DNA of 64,000 nt from Candidatus Gastranaerophilales bacterium (GCA_944322685.1 CALUPP010000034.1:8475-72474), one strand, 5' to 3'; positions 37,052 to 47,883 are shown, counted from the stretch's first letter. Numbers and translations: made by a program. The notes: generated by a model from the letters alone, not told the origin.

Positions 37052-37942
37052 TCAATGCGGGGCGTTTTTTGTTTTTCTCAGAACAATCAAGAAAACACCG
37101 CACAAAATCAGCGCAACTCCGGCCGCAATCCTGAATGTAAGCGCCTCGTGAAAAAACAAAACCCCGAAAAATATCGCCGTCAAAGGCTCAAGTGCCCCCA
37201 AAATCGCAGTTGTTGTCGAGCCGACGAGCTTAATTGAGATGGTAATTGTTTCCAGCGAAATAATCGTCGGAAAAATCGCAAGCGCAAGCGCAAAAAGCCA
37301 CAGATGCGGGCTTTCCGGTATTTGCAGCTGGGTACAGAATTTCAAATTGTAAATATAAATGCCCAGCCCGAAAAACATCACATAAAAACTCAGCTTGTCA
37401 GGCTTCATGTGCTTCACGGTTTTAATATTTTTTACCCCGACAATATAAACTGCATACAAAAGCGCAGACAAAAGCACGATTGATACGCCGGTAAGGTTCA
37501 ACGCAGCTCCGTTTTTGCCATGATAAAGAAGAATTATTCCAATCGAGGTCAAAATTATGGCAGTTATGACAGTTTTTGTTATTTTTTCCTTGAAAAACAA
37601 CGCCATTATCACAGCGACAATTACCGGATAAATAAACAAAATTGTGCAGGCAATCCCGGCCTCAATATATTGAAAAGCCTTAAAAAGCGTCAACGAGGAA
37701 AAAGAAAACAGCATGGAAAGAAAAAATATCGGGAAAAACTCTTTCTGGGTTAATTTTAATGAGGATTTTTTGAAAAATTTTATCCAAATCCCGTAAATCA
37801 AAACCGCAAACGCATACCTGTAAAACAGTACGGAGTTTACCCCTATCCCTGCTGCAAAAAGCGGCAGCCCGAACAGCGGATTTGTTCCGTAACTTGCGGC
37901 CGCAATGGCTCCGTTGAGCACACCAATGGTTTTTCTTCTCAT
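37052..37942 (-). CDS. EamA/DMT-family transporter
   Basis: 296 aa with ~10 TM helices and a duplicated EamA-like architecture. Confidence 0.7.
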   Translation of the reverse strand: MRRKTIGVLNGAIAAASYGTNPLFGLPLFAAGIGVNSVLFYRYAFAVLIYGIWIKFFKKSSLKLTQKEFFPIFFLSMLFSFSSLTLFKAFQYIEAGIACTILFIYPVIVAVIMALFFKEKITKTVITAIILTSIGIILLYHGKNGAALNLTGVSIVLLSALLYAVYIVGVKNIKTVKHMKPDKLSFYVMFFGLGIYIYNLKFCTQLQIPESPHLWLFALALAIFPTIISLETITISIKLVGSTTTAILGALEPLTAIFFGVLFFHEALTFRIAAGVALILCGVFLIVLRKTKNAPH

Positions 37943-37958
37943 TTTTCCGCTCCGTTGG

Positions 37959-40799
37959 CTAGTTTTTCAGCATTCCTTTTAAATATTGGCCCGTATATGA
38001 TTGCGGACATTTTATTATTTCTTCCGGAGTTCCCTCAAAAATGACCTGTCCGCCGGCGCTGCCGCCCTCGGGGCCCAAGTCGATGATATGATCGGCAATT
38101 TTTATCAAATCCAGATTATGTTCGATAATAAGTATCGTATTTCCCGCATCTGCAAGCTTATTGATGATTTTTATGAGCTTATCAAGGTCATACCAGTGCA
38201 AACCGACCGACGGTTCGTCTAAAAGATACAAAGTGCGGCCTGTTGCCTTTTTATTCAGCTCCGAAGCCAGTTTTATGCGCTGAGCCTCGCCGCCAGAGAG
38301 GGTTGTTGCGCTTTGGCCGAGTTTTATGTAGCCCAAACCGACGTCATAAAGCGTTTTTAAGCGAGATTTGATTTTCGGAATGTTTTCGAAGAACACGTAA
38401 GCTTCAGCAACGGTCATATCAAGCACATCCGAGATAGTTGCGCCCTTGTATTTAACTTCGAGCGTTTCGCGGTTATAGCGTTTGCCTTTGCATACGTCGC
38501 ATTTTACATAAACATCGGAAAGGAAGTTCATTTCGATTTTTATTACGCCGTCGCCCTTGCAAGCCTCACAGCGCCCGCCTTTTACGTTAAAACTGAACCT
38601 GCCTGGCTGATATCCGCGCATTTTTGACTCGTTTGTTTTTGCGTAAAGGTCGCGGATGTGGCTGAAAACGTCCGTATAGGTCGCAGGGTTTGAACGCGGG
38701 GTTCTTCCGATAGGCGACTGGTCAATATCAATGATTTTGTCGATATTTTCAAACCCTAAAATCTCGTCCACGCCTTGAGGTTTGGGCTTATTGCCCCGCA
38801 ATTCGTGCAAAGCATACTCTTTAATCAAATCAATCATCAAAGAGGACTTTCCTGAGCCGGAAACACCCGTGATTGCGACAACTTTGCCCAGCGGAATGTC
38901 CAGAGAAATGTTTTTCAGGTTGTTTAAATGCGCATTTTTAACCTGCAAAAACAGCCCGTTGCCCTCTCTGCGCTTTTGCGGCACGGGGATGACCTTTTCA
39001 CCGCTTAAATACTTGCCGGTAATTGATTCTTTTGATTTTTTTATGTCCTCAAGCGTCCCTTTTGCAACGATTTTTCCGCCGTGAACACCCGCGCGCGGCC
39101 CGATATCCACGATATAGTCGGCATTTCGCATTGTATCTTCGTCGTGTTCAACGACTATAAGCGTATTTCCGAGATTTCTCATGCTTAAAAGGGTTTTTAT
39201 TAACCTATCGTTGTCGCGCTGGTGCAGGCCGATTGACGGCTCGTCAAGAACATACAAAACGCCCGACAATCCGCTTCCGATTTGCGTTGCAAGCCTGATT
39301 CTCTGCGCCTCTCCGCCAGAAAGCGTTCCCGCCATCCGGCTTAGGTCGAGATATCCGAGCCCGACATCAATCAAAAACTTCAATCGAGCCCTGATTTCTT
39401 CAAGAATCTGTTTTGCAATCTCCATTTCAAAGTCCGAAAGCTCCAAAAACAGTGAAGAAAAGAACTCAAAGCTCTCAGAAATCGGCATGTTGCAGACTTC
39501 GTAGATGTTTTTGCCTCTGACAGTCACAGCCAGCGCAAACGGTTTGAGCCTTGCGCCTTTGCATTCGGGGCAGGGGGTTGTCACCATATATTTTTGGATT
39601 TCTTCGCGCCAGTATTCGCCGCCCGCGTCATTATATCTTTTTTCAAGGAAAGGAATAACGCCGCAAAAGCGCATTTTTCTTGTTTTATAGCGATGTGTGC
39701 CAAATTCTTTTACCCTGATGTCCAAAAAGTCTGTTCCCGAGCCGTAAAGTATGATTTTTTGGTGTTCTTCGCTCAAATTTTCAAAAGGCAAATTCATATC
39801 TATGCCGTAATGTGCTGCAACCGAGCCCAAAAGGTCGTCATAGTATGATGTTGAGGTTTTGCTCCAGGGATAAATCGCGCCGTCTTTGAGCGATTTTCTG
39901 CGATCAGGCACAACGAGGTTCGGATCAATGACAAAATCCGCACCGAGCCCCGAACACCTTGGGCAGGCGCCATAAGGACTGTTAAAACTGAAAATTCTCG
40001 GTGCAAGTTCTTCAAAACTCAATCCGCATTTCGGACATGCGAGTTTTTCGCTGAAAATCATCTCTTTTTGACCGACAACATCAACCGACATAAGCCCGTT
40101 TGCCCTTTGGAGCGCAGTTTGAGCGGAATCTGCAATTCTGGATTTTGCGCTTTCCTTGACCACAATTCTGTCAACAATTACGTCGATATTGTGCTTTTGG
40201 GTCTTTTTCAGCTCAATATCTTTTACATCTGTTTCATCAAGGTTGTAAATTTCCCCGTCAATACGCACCCTGACGAAACCATCCTGTTTGAGTTCATTGA
40301 TAAGCGATACAAATTCGCCCTTTTTGCCCCTCACGACCGGTGCAATAATCTGAATTTTCGTTCCCTCAGCGAGTTTCATGATTTTATCGACGATTTCATC
40401 AATTGACTGGGGTTTTATGGGGTCGCCGCATTCCGGGCAGTGAGGAACGCCGATTCTGGCAAAAAGAAGTCTTAAATAATCGTAAATTTCCGTAACCGTA
40501 CCGACTGTTGAACGCGGATTGTTGGATGTTGATTTCTGGTCAATGGAAATAGCCGGCGAAAGTCCCTCGATTGACTCAACATCGGGCTTGTCCATCTGTC
40601 CGAGGAACTGACGCGCGTAGGTTGAAAGGCTTTCAACGTAGCGTCTTTGACCCTCTGCGAATATTGTGTCGAATGCGAGCGAACTTTTGCCCGAACCCGA
40701 AACGCCGGTAAAAACAATGAGTTCATTTTTAGGCAATTCCAGATCCACATTCCTTAAATTATGCTGATTTGCACCTTTTATGATTATTTTGTCATTCAT
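37959..40799 (-). CDS. uvrA: excinuclease ABC subunit A
   Basis: [19 protein letters not shown]..., two ABC modules ([10 protein letters not shown] twice, LSGGEAQRI twice) and zinc-finger Cys pairs. Start placed at ATG 40799 (MNDKIII) rather than at 40955. Confidence 0.95.
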   Translation of the reverse strand: MNDKIIIKGANQHNLRNVDLELPKNELIVFTGVSGSGKSSLAFDTIFAEGQRRYVESLSTYARQFLGQMDKPDVESIEGLSPAISIDQKSTSNNPRSTVGTVTEIYDYLRLLFARIGVPHCPECGDPIKPQSIDEIVDKIMKLAEGTKIQIIAPVVRGKKGEFVSLINELKQDGFVRVRIDGEIYNLDETDVKDIELKKTQKHNIDVIVDRIVVKESAKSRIADSAQTALQRANGLMSVDVVGQKEMIFSEKLACPKCGLSFEELAPRIFSFNSPYGACPRCSGLGADFVIDPNLVVPDRRKSLKDGAIYPWSKTSTSYYDDLLGSVAAHYGIDMNLPFENLSEEHQKIILYGSGTDFLDIRVKEFGTHRYKTRKMRFCGVIPFLEKRYNDAGGEYWREEIQKYMVTTPCPECKGARLKPFALAVTVRGKNIYEVCNMPISESFEFFSSLFLELSDFEMEIAKQILEEIRARLKFLIDVGLGYLDLSRMAGTLSGGEAQRIRLATQIGSGLSGVLYVLDEPSIGLHQRDNDRLIKTLLSMRNLGNTLIVVEHDEDTMRNADYIVDIGPRAGVHGGKIVAKGTLEDIKKSKESITGKYLSGEKVIPVPQKRREGNGLFLQVKNAHLNNLKNISLDIPLGKVVAITGVSGSGKSSLMIDLIKEYALHELRGNKPKPQGVDEILGFENIDKIIDIDQSPIGRTPRSNPATYTDVFSHIRDLYAKTNESKMRGYQPGRFSFNVKGGRCEACKGDGVIKIEMNFLSDVYVKCDVCKGKRYNRETLEVKYKGATISDVLDMTVAEAYVFFENIPKIKSRLKTLYDVGLGYIKLGQSATTLSGGEAQRIKLASELNKKATGRTLYLLDEPSVGLHWYDLDKLIKIINKLADAGNTILIIEHNLDLIKIADHIIDLGPEGGSAGGQVIFEGTPEEIIKCPQSYTGQYLKGMLKN

Positions 40800-40878
40800 G
40801 TTTCGATACTCTTTTGTCCATATTATTCCATAAGTACATGGGAGTTTCAAATTTTTATTTTTTGTTGTTTTTTGGGGT

Positions 40879-41000
40879 GAAAATGTCCGGTATCTTATTT
40901 TCCGTTCCGATTCCTCCGGGCAATCATTATAAAATGCTTTTCTTTCTTGTTGCAAGCGCCCTCCCCCATAGTCGCTCCAAATAAGATACCGGACATTTTC
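40879..41000. repeat. perfect 22-bp inverted repeat with a 78-bp spacer between the glgP-like terminator and the uvrA promoter
   Basis: GAAAATGTCCGGTATCTTATTT (40879-40900) and its exact reverse complement AAATAAGATACCGGACATTTTC (40979-41000). Confidence 0.85.
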
Positions 41001-41040
41001 TTGTTTATTTTAAGTCTTTCAAAGTAAAATAGTCAAAAAG

Positions 41041-41072
41041 CAAAAAAGAGGACTAAAATAGCCCTCTTTTTC
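41041..41072 (-). terminator. terminator of the phosphorylase gene
   Basis: On the minus strand, AAGAGG-(11 nt)-CCTCTT followed by TTTTT, about 20 nt after the stop. Confidence 0.55.
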
Positions 41073-41088
41073 CGATAAAATCATCAAA

Positions 41089-42798
41089 TTACTTGATATT
41101 TGAGTAAGTCCACGCATCCATATTCGGATTTTCACGTGCAGACGGGTCAGATGTCATTGAAGCATCAGGATTTAGGCCGCCTTCTTTTGCACTTTCATGC
41201 GCAATCGGTTTGTAAATTCTGTTGAAGTATTCAATGACCATTCTGTCAGAGTTGAAGTAGGCTTCGGCAGTTCTGACAGCCTGACGCATCATTCTAGCCC
41301 ATTCGAGCTTGTTATCATAGTATGTCGGGATAATCTGGTTTTCAATGATGTCCATAATGCAATCATGGTCTTTCCAGTGTCTTTCTTCCCAAGGAATATC
41401 GTCATCAAGCCCCGGATATTCAACAGTGTAGCCGTTGATTCCCGGGAAAGTACCCTCAACAGTCCATCCGTCATAGATAGAAAGGTGAAGCGCACCGTTC
41501 ATATTTGCAGACATGCCAGATGTTCCGGATGCTTCGAGCGGTCTAATCGGCGTATTGAGCCATACGTCAGTTGCTCTTTTGAGTTTTGCACTCAATTCAA
41601 GCTCATATCCGGCCAAAACCGCAACATTTTTGATATTATATGATTTGTGGAGAATGTTGTTGAACATTTCTCTGCCCATTGCATCATCCGGATGGAATTT
41701 TCCGGCGAAAATCAGCTGAACTTTGTCCGCATTCAAGAGTTTGAGGATTCTGTCCATGTCCATGAAGATGAGCCAAGCACGTTTATAATCAGCAAATCTT
41801 CTTGCCCAGGTGATTGTAAGCACGTTCGGGTCAAATCTCTTACCCGTAGTGTTCGCAATGTAGCTGAAAACTTCTTTTTTCATCTCAATTTTGGCATTGA
41901 GCAAATCTTCAAGCGTTTGTGCTTTTGCAATTCTTTCATCCTGCCAGTAGTGGAGGTTTACGGCGTTTGTGATAGCTCTGATGGGGCATCTGCCTTCGAC
42001 CCAGGACCACATTTTGTTCGCAACGAGCCCGTGGAGCTGAGATACAGCGTTTGCAATACGGCTCATTCTCAAAGCAGCGACTGTAAGTGAAAAATGTTCG
42101 CCGCCAAGCTCAACAGCACGTTCTCTGGAGCATCCAGCGAAGAATCCGCCCTCAAGAAGCGTATCTACCCAGTGAACTTCGTTTCCGGCTGCAACAGGTG
42201 TGTGTGTTGTGAACACAACTTTTCTCTTAACCTGGTCAAGATCGCCGTTGTACTGTCTTAAAAGTTCAAATGCAGCAGGAAGCGCGTGGCCTTCGTTCAT
42301 ATGAACGCAGTCAAAGTCGTATTTGATTGCCTGGAGAAGCCTGATACCGCCCACACCGAGGACTGTTTCCTGTGCGATTCTTATTTTTTCGTTTCCGTCA
42401 TAGAGTTTATGGGATATTGAACGAGCCCATTCTGAGTTTTCTTCAATATCTGTTGTAAGAAGATACACAGGGCAGGTGCCGAAAAGCGTCGGATCAACTC
42501 TGAAAGCTTTTACAACAACTTTTTCGCCAAAAATATCTACTGTAACCGATGCATCAACGCTTTGAAGAAAATCATAGTGTTTTCTGATGTATGCAACATC
42601 AACATTTCCTTCTTCATTGATACGCTGGTTGTAATAACCGTATGACCAAAGCATAGTTACGCCGACAATAGGCAACTGAAGATAACCGGCAGACTGCATG
42701 TGCGAACCGGCAAGAAATCCAAGACCGCCAGAGTATGTGCTCAAAGACTGATCCATTGCAATTTCCATTGAAAAATATGCTACTTTAGGTAATCCCAT
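41089..42798 (-). CDS. alpha-glucan phosphorylase family protein (GT35, short archaeal/bacterial type), PLP-lysine position substituted
   Basis: 569 aa. MGLPKVAYFSMEIA..., HMNEGHA, and EASGTSGMSANMNGALHLSIYDGW (the usual motif is EASGTSGMK). Confidence 0.8.
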   Translation of the reverse strand: MGLPKVAYFSMEIAMDQSLSTYSGGLGFLAGSHMQSAGYLQLPIVGVTMLWSYGYYNQRINEEGNVDVAYIRKHYDFLQSVDASVTVDIFGEKVVVKAFRVDPTLFGTCPVYLLTTDIEENSEWARSISHKLYDGNEKIRIAQETVLGVGGIRLLQAIKYDFDCVHMNEGHALPAAFELLRQYNGDLDQVKRKVVFTTHTPVAAGNEVHWVDTLLEGGFFAGCSRERAVELGGEHFSLTVAALRMSRIANAVSQLHGLVANKMWSWVEGRCPIRAITNAVNLHYWQDERIAKAQTLEDLLNAKIEMKKEVFSYIANTTGKRFDPNVLTITWARRFADYKRAWLIFMDMDRILKLLNADKVQLIFAGKFHPDDAMGREMFNNILHKSYNIKNVAVLAGYELELSAKLKRATDVWLNTPIRPLEASGTSGMSANMNGALHLSIYDGWTVEGTFPGINGYTVEYPGLDDDIPWEERHWKDHDCIMDIIENQIIPTYYDNKLEWARMMRQAVRTAEAYFNSDRMVIEYFNRIYKPIAHESAKEGGLNPDASMTSDPSARENPNMDAWTYSNIK

Positions 42799-42971
42799 AA
42801 TTCTCCTTTGTTAAATTAACTATCCTAATCTGTTGTTTCTTTTTTATATCAACAACATAGCACAAAATCAACTAAATTTTTATAGTTTGTAAAGTTCGCT
42901 AGTGACAACTGTTTCGAGGATTTTGCTACACCGGGGATTTAGTTAAAAAGTATTAACAGAAAAACGATTTT

Positions 42972-43367
42972 CTAGTCCTTTGGAATTAGAAAAACCGGTT
43001 TAACTGAAATATTTACGTCTTTTCCGCTGCTTTTTCTGTAAACGAGCAGGTTTAGCGCTTGATTTTTGTGAAAAACATCTATTTTTTCTTTAAATTCTTC
43101 GACCGAATTAACAGACTCGCCGTCAACAGCAAGAATTTTATCCATTTCTTCAACACCGGCCGCGCTTGCGGGCGTCATATCCAGCACATCGACGACATAA
43201 ACGCCGTTTTCATACTGTAAAACGCCAAAACCCAGCATTTTTTCAGAATTTTTGTATTTTTGAACAATCTTGCGTTCGGTGATGAACCTGCCGATGCTTT
43301 CAAAATCGGCAAGCGAAAACATGCACAGAAAAAGCAAGACTCCTGTGTACAGCCTTATATTATCCAT
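42972..43367 (-). CDS. small membrane-anchored PDZ-domain protein
   Basis: N-terminal hydrophobic anchor and PDZ-like VVDVLDMTPASAAGVEEMDKILAVDGESVNSVEEF. Confidence 0.6.
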   Translation of the reverse strand: MDNIRLYTGVLLFLCMFSLADFESIGRFITERKIVQKYKNSEKMLGFGVLQYENGVYVVDVLDMTPASAAGVEEMDKILAVDGESVNSVEEFKEKIDVFHKNQALNLLVYRKSSGKDVNISVKPVFLIPKD

Positions 43368-43382
43368 AATTTTTGTTTATAA

Positions 43383-45404
43383 CTAACCGTTTATTTTAGC
43401 GAAATCGGCAAGTTTCTCGAATTTTGCCTTTGCAAACGCAAGAAGCCTCAAGCGGTTTTCCTTGATTTTCTCATCTTTGTCCATAACAAGAACCTGATCA
43501 AAAAATTCGTTAATAACGGGCACCGCTTTTACGAATTCGCCGAATAATTTGTCATAATCAAGATTATCAGCATCAATCGCGCTTATGCATTCCATAAGTT
43601 TCGCTTCATAAGGGCTATTAAACAATGCCTTATCAGGTGAAATTGAATCTGTCTTAGCTATGCGGATTATCCTGTTGGCCGCTTCGTTAACCTGAGAAAA
43701 TTCGGGCAATTTTTTGATTCGGTCAACGACTTCGAGCCTTTTTGCGAAATCCGTCAGGTCGCAAAGCGCGTTTTTGTTGGACAAGCAAGCCTCAACAACG
43801 TCATGCGCATATTTATCATTGTAAAAAATCGACAATCTCTGCTCAAAAAAGTTTTTAACCTCGTCATAAAGTTTTTCAGGTGCTTCAACCTTTACGGGAA
43901 GCAGTGAAATCGACTTTTTGATTAATTCGGAAACATTTATTTGCAGATTTTTCTGAATAACCGTTTTTAAAATCCCGAGCGTTGCTCTGCGAACGCCTAG
44001 AGGGTCTGCGGAGCCGGTCGGTTTTTTGCCCTCGGCGAAAACAGCACATATTGTGTCGATTTTGTCCGCAATACCGACAACCTGCCCCTCAATTGACTCG
44101 GCCAGCTCGGAATCTGCGCCCAGCGGGTAATAATGTTCTTTTATTCCCTGAACGACTTCGGGTGCTTCGCCGGAATTCAGGGCATAATCAGAGCCGATGA
44201 AGCCCTGAAGCTCCGTAAATTCAAATACAAGGCTGGTTACGAGGTCGGCTTTACAAAGAAGCGCAGTTCTTTCGATTGTTTTTGAGTCAATTCCGAGCTC
44301 TTTTGCGACGTATTTTGACAAATCAAGGATTCTGTACGTTTTGTCATACATTGAGCCCATTCCTTTCTGGAATGTAACGCCTTTCAAACCCTCGAGGTTG
44401 CTTTCGAACGGTTTTTTCGTATCTTCGTTAAAGAAAAATACCGCATGATCAAGCCTTGCCTTAACAACTCGTTCGTTTCCGGCTTTTATGTTTGCAAAAT
44501 CATTCCCTAGGAAGTTTGTGGTCGTAATAAAGCTGTTGAGCAGTTTTCCGTCCTTATAAAGCGGGAAATAGCGCTGATGCGTAGCCATCACGGTTACGGT
44601 AACTTTTTCGGGGATGTTTAAATAGTTTTTGTCGAAGCTGCAAACAACCGGAACCGGCCATTCCGTGATGTTTGTAACCTCTTTTACAAGCTCATCGTCC
44701 AAAACAACCTGCGCCCCGATTTTTTCGGCTTCGGATTTTGCACTTGAGATGATTTTTTCTTTTCTTTTTTCTTCGTCAACGATAACTTTAGCCTCATAAA
44801 GCGCATTTTCGTAAGCATCCGGGTTCTTGATTTCGACTTTTGAAGATGCAAAGCGGTGCCCTCTGGAAAATCTTGAGGATTCAACATCTGCGATTTTAAT
44901 TTTCAGCTCATCGCTGTCAAAAAGCGAAACAACCCAGCGGATAGGGCGCTGAAATTTCGCATCAAGATCCGCCCAGCGCATAAAATAAGGCCCCTGCATC
45001 TTTAAAACAAGGTTTTCAATGTTTTCAGCGAGCACATCCTTGGTGAGCTTGCCTTTTTTCTCGATTTTTGCCCATACGTAGTTATCTTCTTTATAAAGAG
45101 CGGACGGTTCAACGCCGTTTTTGCGGGCAAACCCCAGCCCGGCCTGCGTCAAATTGCCGTTTTCATCAAAAGCAATGTTCGCAATCGGGCCTTTGACCGT
45201 TTTTTCCGTATCGGGCTGCTTTTCGTTCAAGCCGTCGACGATTACCGTCAATCTTCTCGGTGTGCCGTAAGTTTTTACGTTCGAAAATGCGATTTCGTTC
45301 TCTTTTAAGAGTTTTTCAAACGCTGTTTTCAGCTGTTCCTGCCCCGCATCAATAAATTTGTAAGGCAGTTCTTCCGTTCCGATTTCCAGTAAATATTTGC
45401 TCAT
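43383..45404 (-). CDS. glyS: glycine--tRNA ligase beta subunit
   Basis: MSKYLLEIGTEELPYKFI..., 673 aa, GlyS-typical sequence throughout (YGTPRRL, FIGSDYA). Confidence 0.9.
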   Translation of the reverse strand: MSKYLLEIGTEELPYKFIDAGQEQLKTAFEKLLKENEIAFSNVKTYGTPRRLTVIVDGLNEKQPDTEKTVKGPIANIAFDENGNLTQAGLGFARKNGVEPSALYKEDNYVWAKIEKKGKLTKDVLAENIENLVLKMQGPYFMRWADLDAKFQRPIRWVVSLFDSDELKIKIADVESSRFSRGHRFASSKVEIKNPDAYENALYEAKVIVDEEKRKEKIISSAKSEAEKIGAQVVLDDELVKEVTNITEWPVPVVCSFDKNYLNIPEKVTVTVMATHQRYFPLYKDGKLLNSFITTTNFLGNDFANIKAGNERVVKARLDHAVFFFNEDTKKPFESNLEGLKGVTFQKGMGSMYDKTYRILDLSKYVAKELGIDSKTIERTALLCKADLVTSLVFEFTELQGFIGSDYALNSGEAPEVVQGIKEHYYPLGADSELAESIEGQVVGIADKIDTICAVFAEGKKPTGSADPLGVRRATLGILKTVIQKNLQINVSELIKKSISLLPVKVEAPEKLYDEVKNFFEQRLSIFYNDKYAHDVVEACLSNKNALCDLTDFAKRLEVVDRIKKLPEFSQVNEAANRIIRIAKTDSISPDKALFNSPYEAKLMECISAIDADNLDYDKLFGEFVKAVPVINEFFDQVLVMDKDEKIKENRLRLLAFAKAKFEKLADFAKING

Positions 45405-45445
45405 TATTTTATCCTTATGTCCGCTAATTTTGTAAAATAATTATA

Positions 45446-46249
45446 TTACAAAATATTTTTACCTGCACTATCGTACATTGAGCGTCTTGATTTTGATATT
45501 TCGTCAATTTGCGCCTTATAATCGCCGCTCAAAAGCCGGACAATCGACGCAGAAAGGATTCCGAGCGATTCATCAATATTTTCGCGGTTAAAATTAACCA
45601 TATCAGCCGCCATTTCGGTATTTGACATGGCAAGCCTTGTCATGTCGCGAAAACCGCTCGCCGCAAGCTTCATAGCGAGGTCATTTTCGCCGGCGGCGAG
45701 CATCAAAGCCTGCGAAATGAGCATCGGCATGTGGCTTATCATCGCAACAGCCCGGTCATGCGTTTTTGCGTCAATTAGCACGGGATGCGCCCAGACTGAT
45801 TTTATAATTGTTTCAATTTTGTTGATATCGTCGGAAGAAATTCCCTCTGGCGGCGTAATTACCCACTTTGCGCCCTCAAAAAGCTCCTTAAACGAATGCT
45901 CAAACCCGGAATTTTCCGTTCCTGCCATCGGATGCGTACCGATGAATTTGTAAGGGCGTTTTTTTTCAAGCACAAAGCTCTTTAAACTCGCAACATCCGC
46001 AACAATTGTTTCCGGAGGGACGATATTTTCAAGTTTGTCGAGAATTTCAAGTGTTTTGTTCATAGGAACGCAAACAAACACCAATCCGCATTCTTTCAGG
46101 CGTTCCGCGTCCTTTGTGACCTCAGATGCGTAGGGTTTTGCGGCTTCGAGCGTGTTTTCATTGCCCGTAACTGCGATTTTTTCATATCCGTGCAGCGCTT
46201 TTAGCAGCGAGCCGCCAATCAGCCCCAATCCGTAAATTCCGATTTTCAT
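45446..46249 (-). CDS. tyrA: prephenate/arogenate dehydrogenase
   Basis: MKIGIYGLGLIGGSL Rossmann motif and the HPMAGTE catalytic motif. Confidence 0.8.
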   Translation of the reverse strand: MKIGIYGLGLIGGSLLKALHGYEKIAVTGNENTLEAAKPYASEVTKDAERLKECGLVFVCVPMNKTLEILDKLENIVPPETIVADVASLKSFVLEKKRPYKFIGTHPMAGTENSGFEHSFKELFEGAKWVITPPEGISSDDINKIETIIKSVWAHPVLIDAKTHDRAVAMISHMPMLISQALMLAAGENDLAMKLAASGFRDMTRLAMSNTEMAADMVNFNRENIDESLGILSASIVRLLSGDYKAQIDEISKSRRSMYDSAGKNIL

Positions 46250-46529
46250 TTGCCCTCCTGATTTTTGTCATTCGCACCGGCTTTATTCAAAAAACAGGTG
46301 CAAAGCCGTAAATACAGAAACATTTTAGCATATTTATTAAGTTTTGTTTAGCAATTTGCACCGCATGGAAAAAATCTGCATAATTTAATTATTAATAGTC
46401 TAACCATTCCTTTCTTGACTTATGCGGCTTTGCAAAAAGGCCGCATTATTTTTTTGTACATTCGGGGAATGCAAAAATCCGGATTTTTTATAAAAATAAG
46501 AACAAATTTATTCTAAAAAGGGGAAAAAT

Positions 46530-47198
46530 ATGACGAAAAAAGTTCTTATTGTTGTGACAAATGCCGACAAACTATCCGACGGAACCCAAACCGGCGTCTG
46601 GCTCGAGGAATTTGCTGTTCCGTTCATAATATTCAGGGATACGGGCTACGAAATCACCGTAGCAAGCATAAACGGCGGAAAAGCTCCCATCGACGAAGCA
46701 AGTCTTTCCTGCTCAAACCCCATGGAGTGGGATGAGGCGGCAAAATTTCTTGAAAATACGGAAAAATTGAGCGAAGTTGACTACGAAAACCACGATGTAA
46801 TATTTTTCCCGGGAGGGCACGGGCCAATGTTTGATATTGCGGAAAATGAGCTCGTCGGAAAGGTCGTAAGCCATTTTTACAACACTGGTAAACCGACAAG
46901 CGCGGTATGCCACGGCCCTGCTGGCCTGCTAAAAGCAAAACGCACCGACGGAGAGCCGATTGTGAAAGGAAAAAGGGTCACATCGTTTACAAACGAAGAA
47001 GAAGAAATCGTAAAACGACGCGAAGTTGTACCGTTTTTGCTTCAATCGAAACTCGAAAAGTTCGGCGCGGAATTTACCCAGCTAAAACCCTGGGCGGAGC
47101 ATGTTGTTGTTGACGACAACTTGATAACCGGCCAAAATCCGGCCTCAGCAATCGCTGTTGCGGAAAAAGTCATTGAAAGGCTCAACCAAATCGGTTAA
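46530..47198 (+). CDS. DJ-1/PfpI-family type 1 glutamine amidotransferase-like protein
   Basis: FFPGGHG and the nucleophile elbow SAVCHGPAGLL. 222 aa. Confidence 0.8.
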   Translation: MTKKVLIVVTNADKLSDGTQTGVWLEEFAVPFIIFRDTGYEITVASINGGKAPIDEASLSCSNPMEWDEAAKFLENTEKLSEVDYENHDVIFFPGGHGPMFDIAENELVGKVVSHFYNTGKPTSAVCHGPAGLLKAKRTDGEPIVKGKRVTSFTNEEEEIVKRREVVPFLLQSKLEKFGAEFTQLKPWAEHVVVDDNLITGQNPASAIAVAEKVIERLNQIG

Positions 47199-47770
47199 AG
47201 AAGCGCGTCCGGAAGAATTTTGCTCAAAACAGCGTCCAATTTGCCCAATCTGTCATCGTTAAAATATCTATTTACAACTGAGCGGTCGTTGTATGTTCGT
47301 TCAACGTTGATTGTAAGGCCCTTTTTTACATCTTTTGTTTTAAAACGCAGAATTTCGCCCGGCTCAAACTCATAGCCCTTTCCATCCTTGCCGTAAGCGA
47401 TGCGCATTGTCGTTTCAGACGGCCTTTTTGCTGATTTGTCGATATATTCGATATTTAGCGCATTTCCGTGAAAAATATTGTTAATTTTTAATTTTGAACC
47501 GTTTTTATCTGCAATTGTAAGCTCGCCTCGCGCCTGTGGAAAGCGATTCAGGGTGATTGTTTTGTTATTTACGGTCTTTTGGGTAATGCCATTGCGGCCG
47601 CTTGAGAGTTTTTCGGCAATTTTTTCAAGGATTTCAACATTTTTCGCAGAAATCGGCCTCGCAGGTACCATTCCGAAATTTATTTGCGCATTATTATTTT
47701 TTACCGAAATAGAATTTGTGCTCAAATTTGTTTTAAAAACAACAGGATGGTAAGAAATCTTTGTTAACAT
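47195..47770 (-). CDS. hypothetical protein (191 aa), N-terminus MLTKISYHP...NNNAQINFGMVP
   Basis: Start at ATG 47770 with the strong RBS AAGGAG. No recognisable domain. Its stop codon overlaps the stop of the convergent DJ-1 gene (TTAA). Confidence 0.6.
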   Translation of the reverse strand: MLTKISYHPVVFKTNLSTNSISVKNNNAQINFGMVPARPISAKNVEILEKIAEKLSSGRNGITQKTVNNKTITLNRFPQARGELTIADKNGSKLKINNIFHGNALNIEYIDKSAKRPSETTMRIAYGKDGKGYEFEPGEILRFKTKDVKKGLTINVERTYNDRSVVNRYFNDDRLGKLDAVLSKILPDALL

Positions 47771-47883
47771 TTTTATCTCCTTAGGATGCTGAAATGGCAT
47801 AAATTTTATAAATAGCCAACGAATATTTTAAAATTTTACCTTATAATTTGCCAAAAATCATCAAATTTGAGATAATTTTTACA

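Noticed and set aside
40800-40955. N-terminal extensions from the longest-ORF calls (uvrA to 40955, atpA to 9487, thrS to 54902, glgC to 15532, dedA to 31437, the LdpA-like gene to 30746, pfkB to 51403)
   Set aside because: The conserved protein N-termini begin at internal ATGs that have good Shine-Dalgarno sequences. The extensions overlap neighbouring genes or repeats and have non-protein-like composition.
40879-41000. Confident MITE call for the 22-bp inverted-repeat element
   Set aside because: No target-site duplication flanks the arms, and I saw no second copy in this window. It is retained only as an unexplained inverted repeat.
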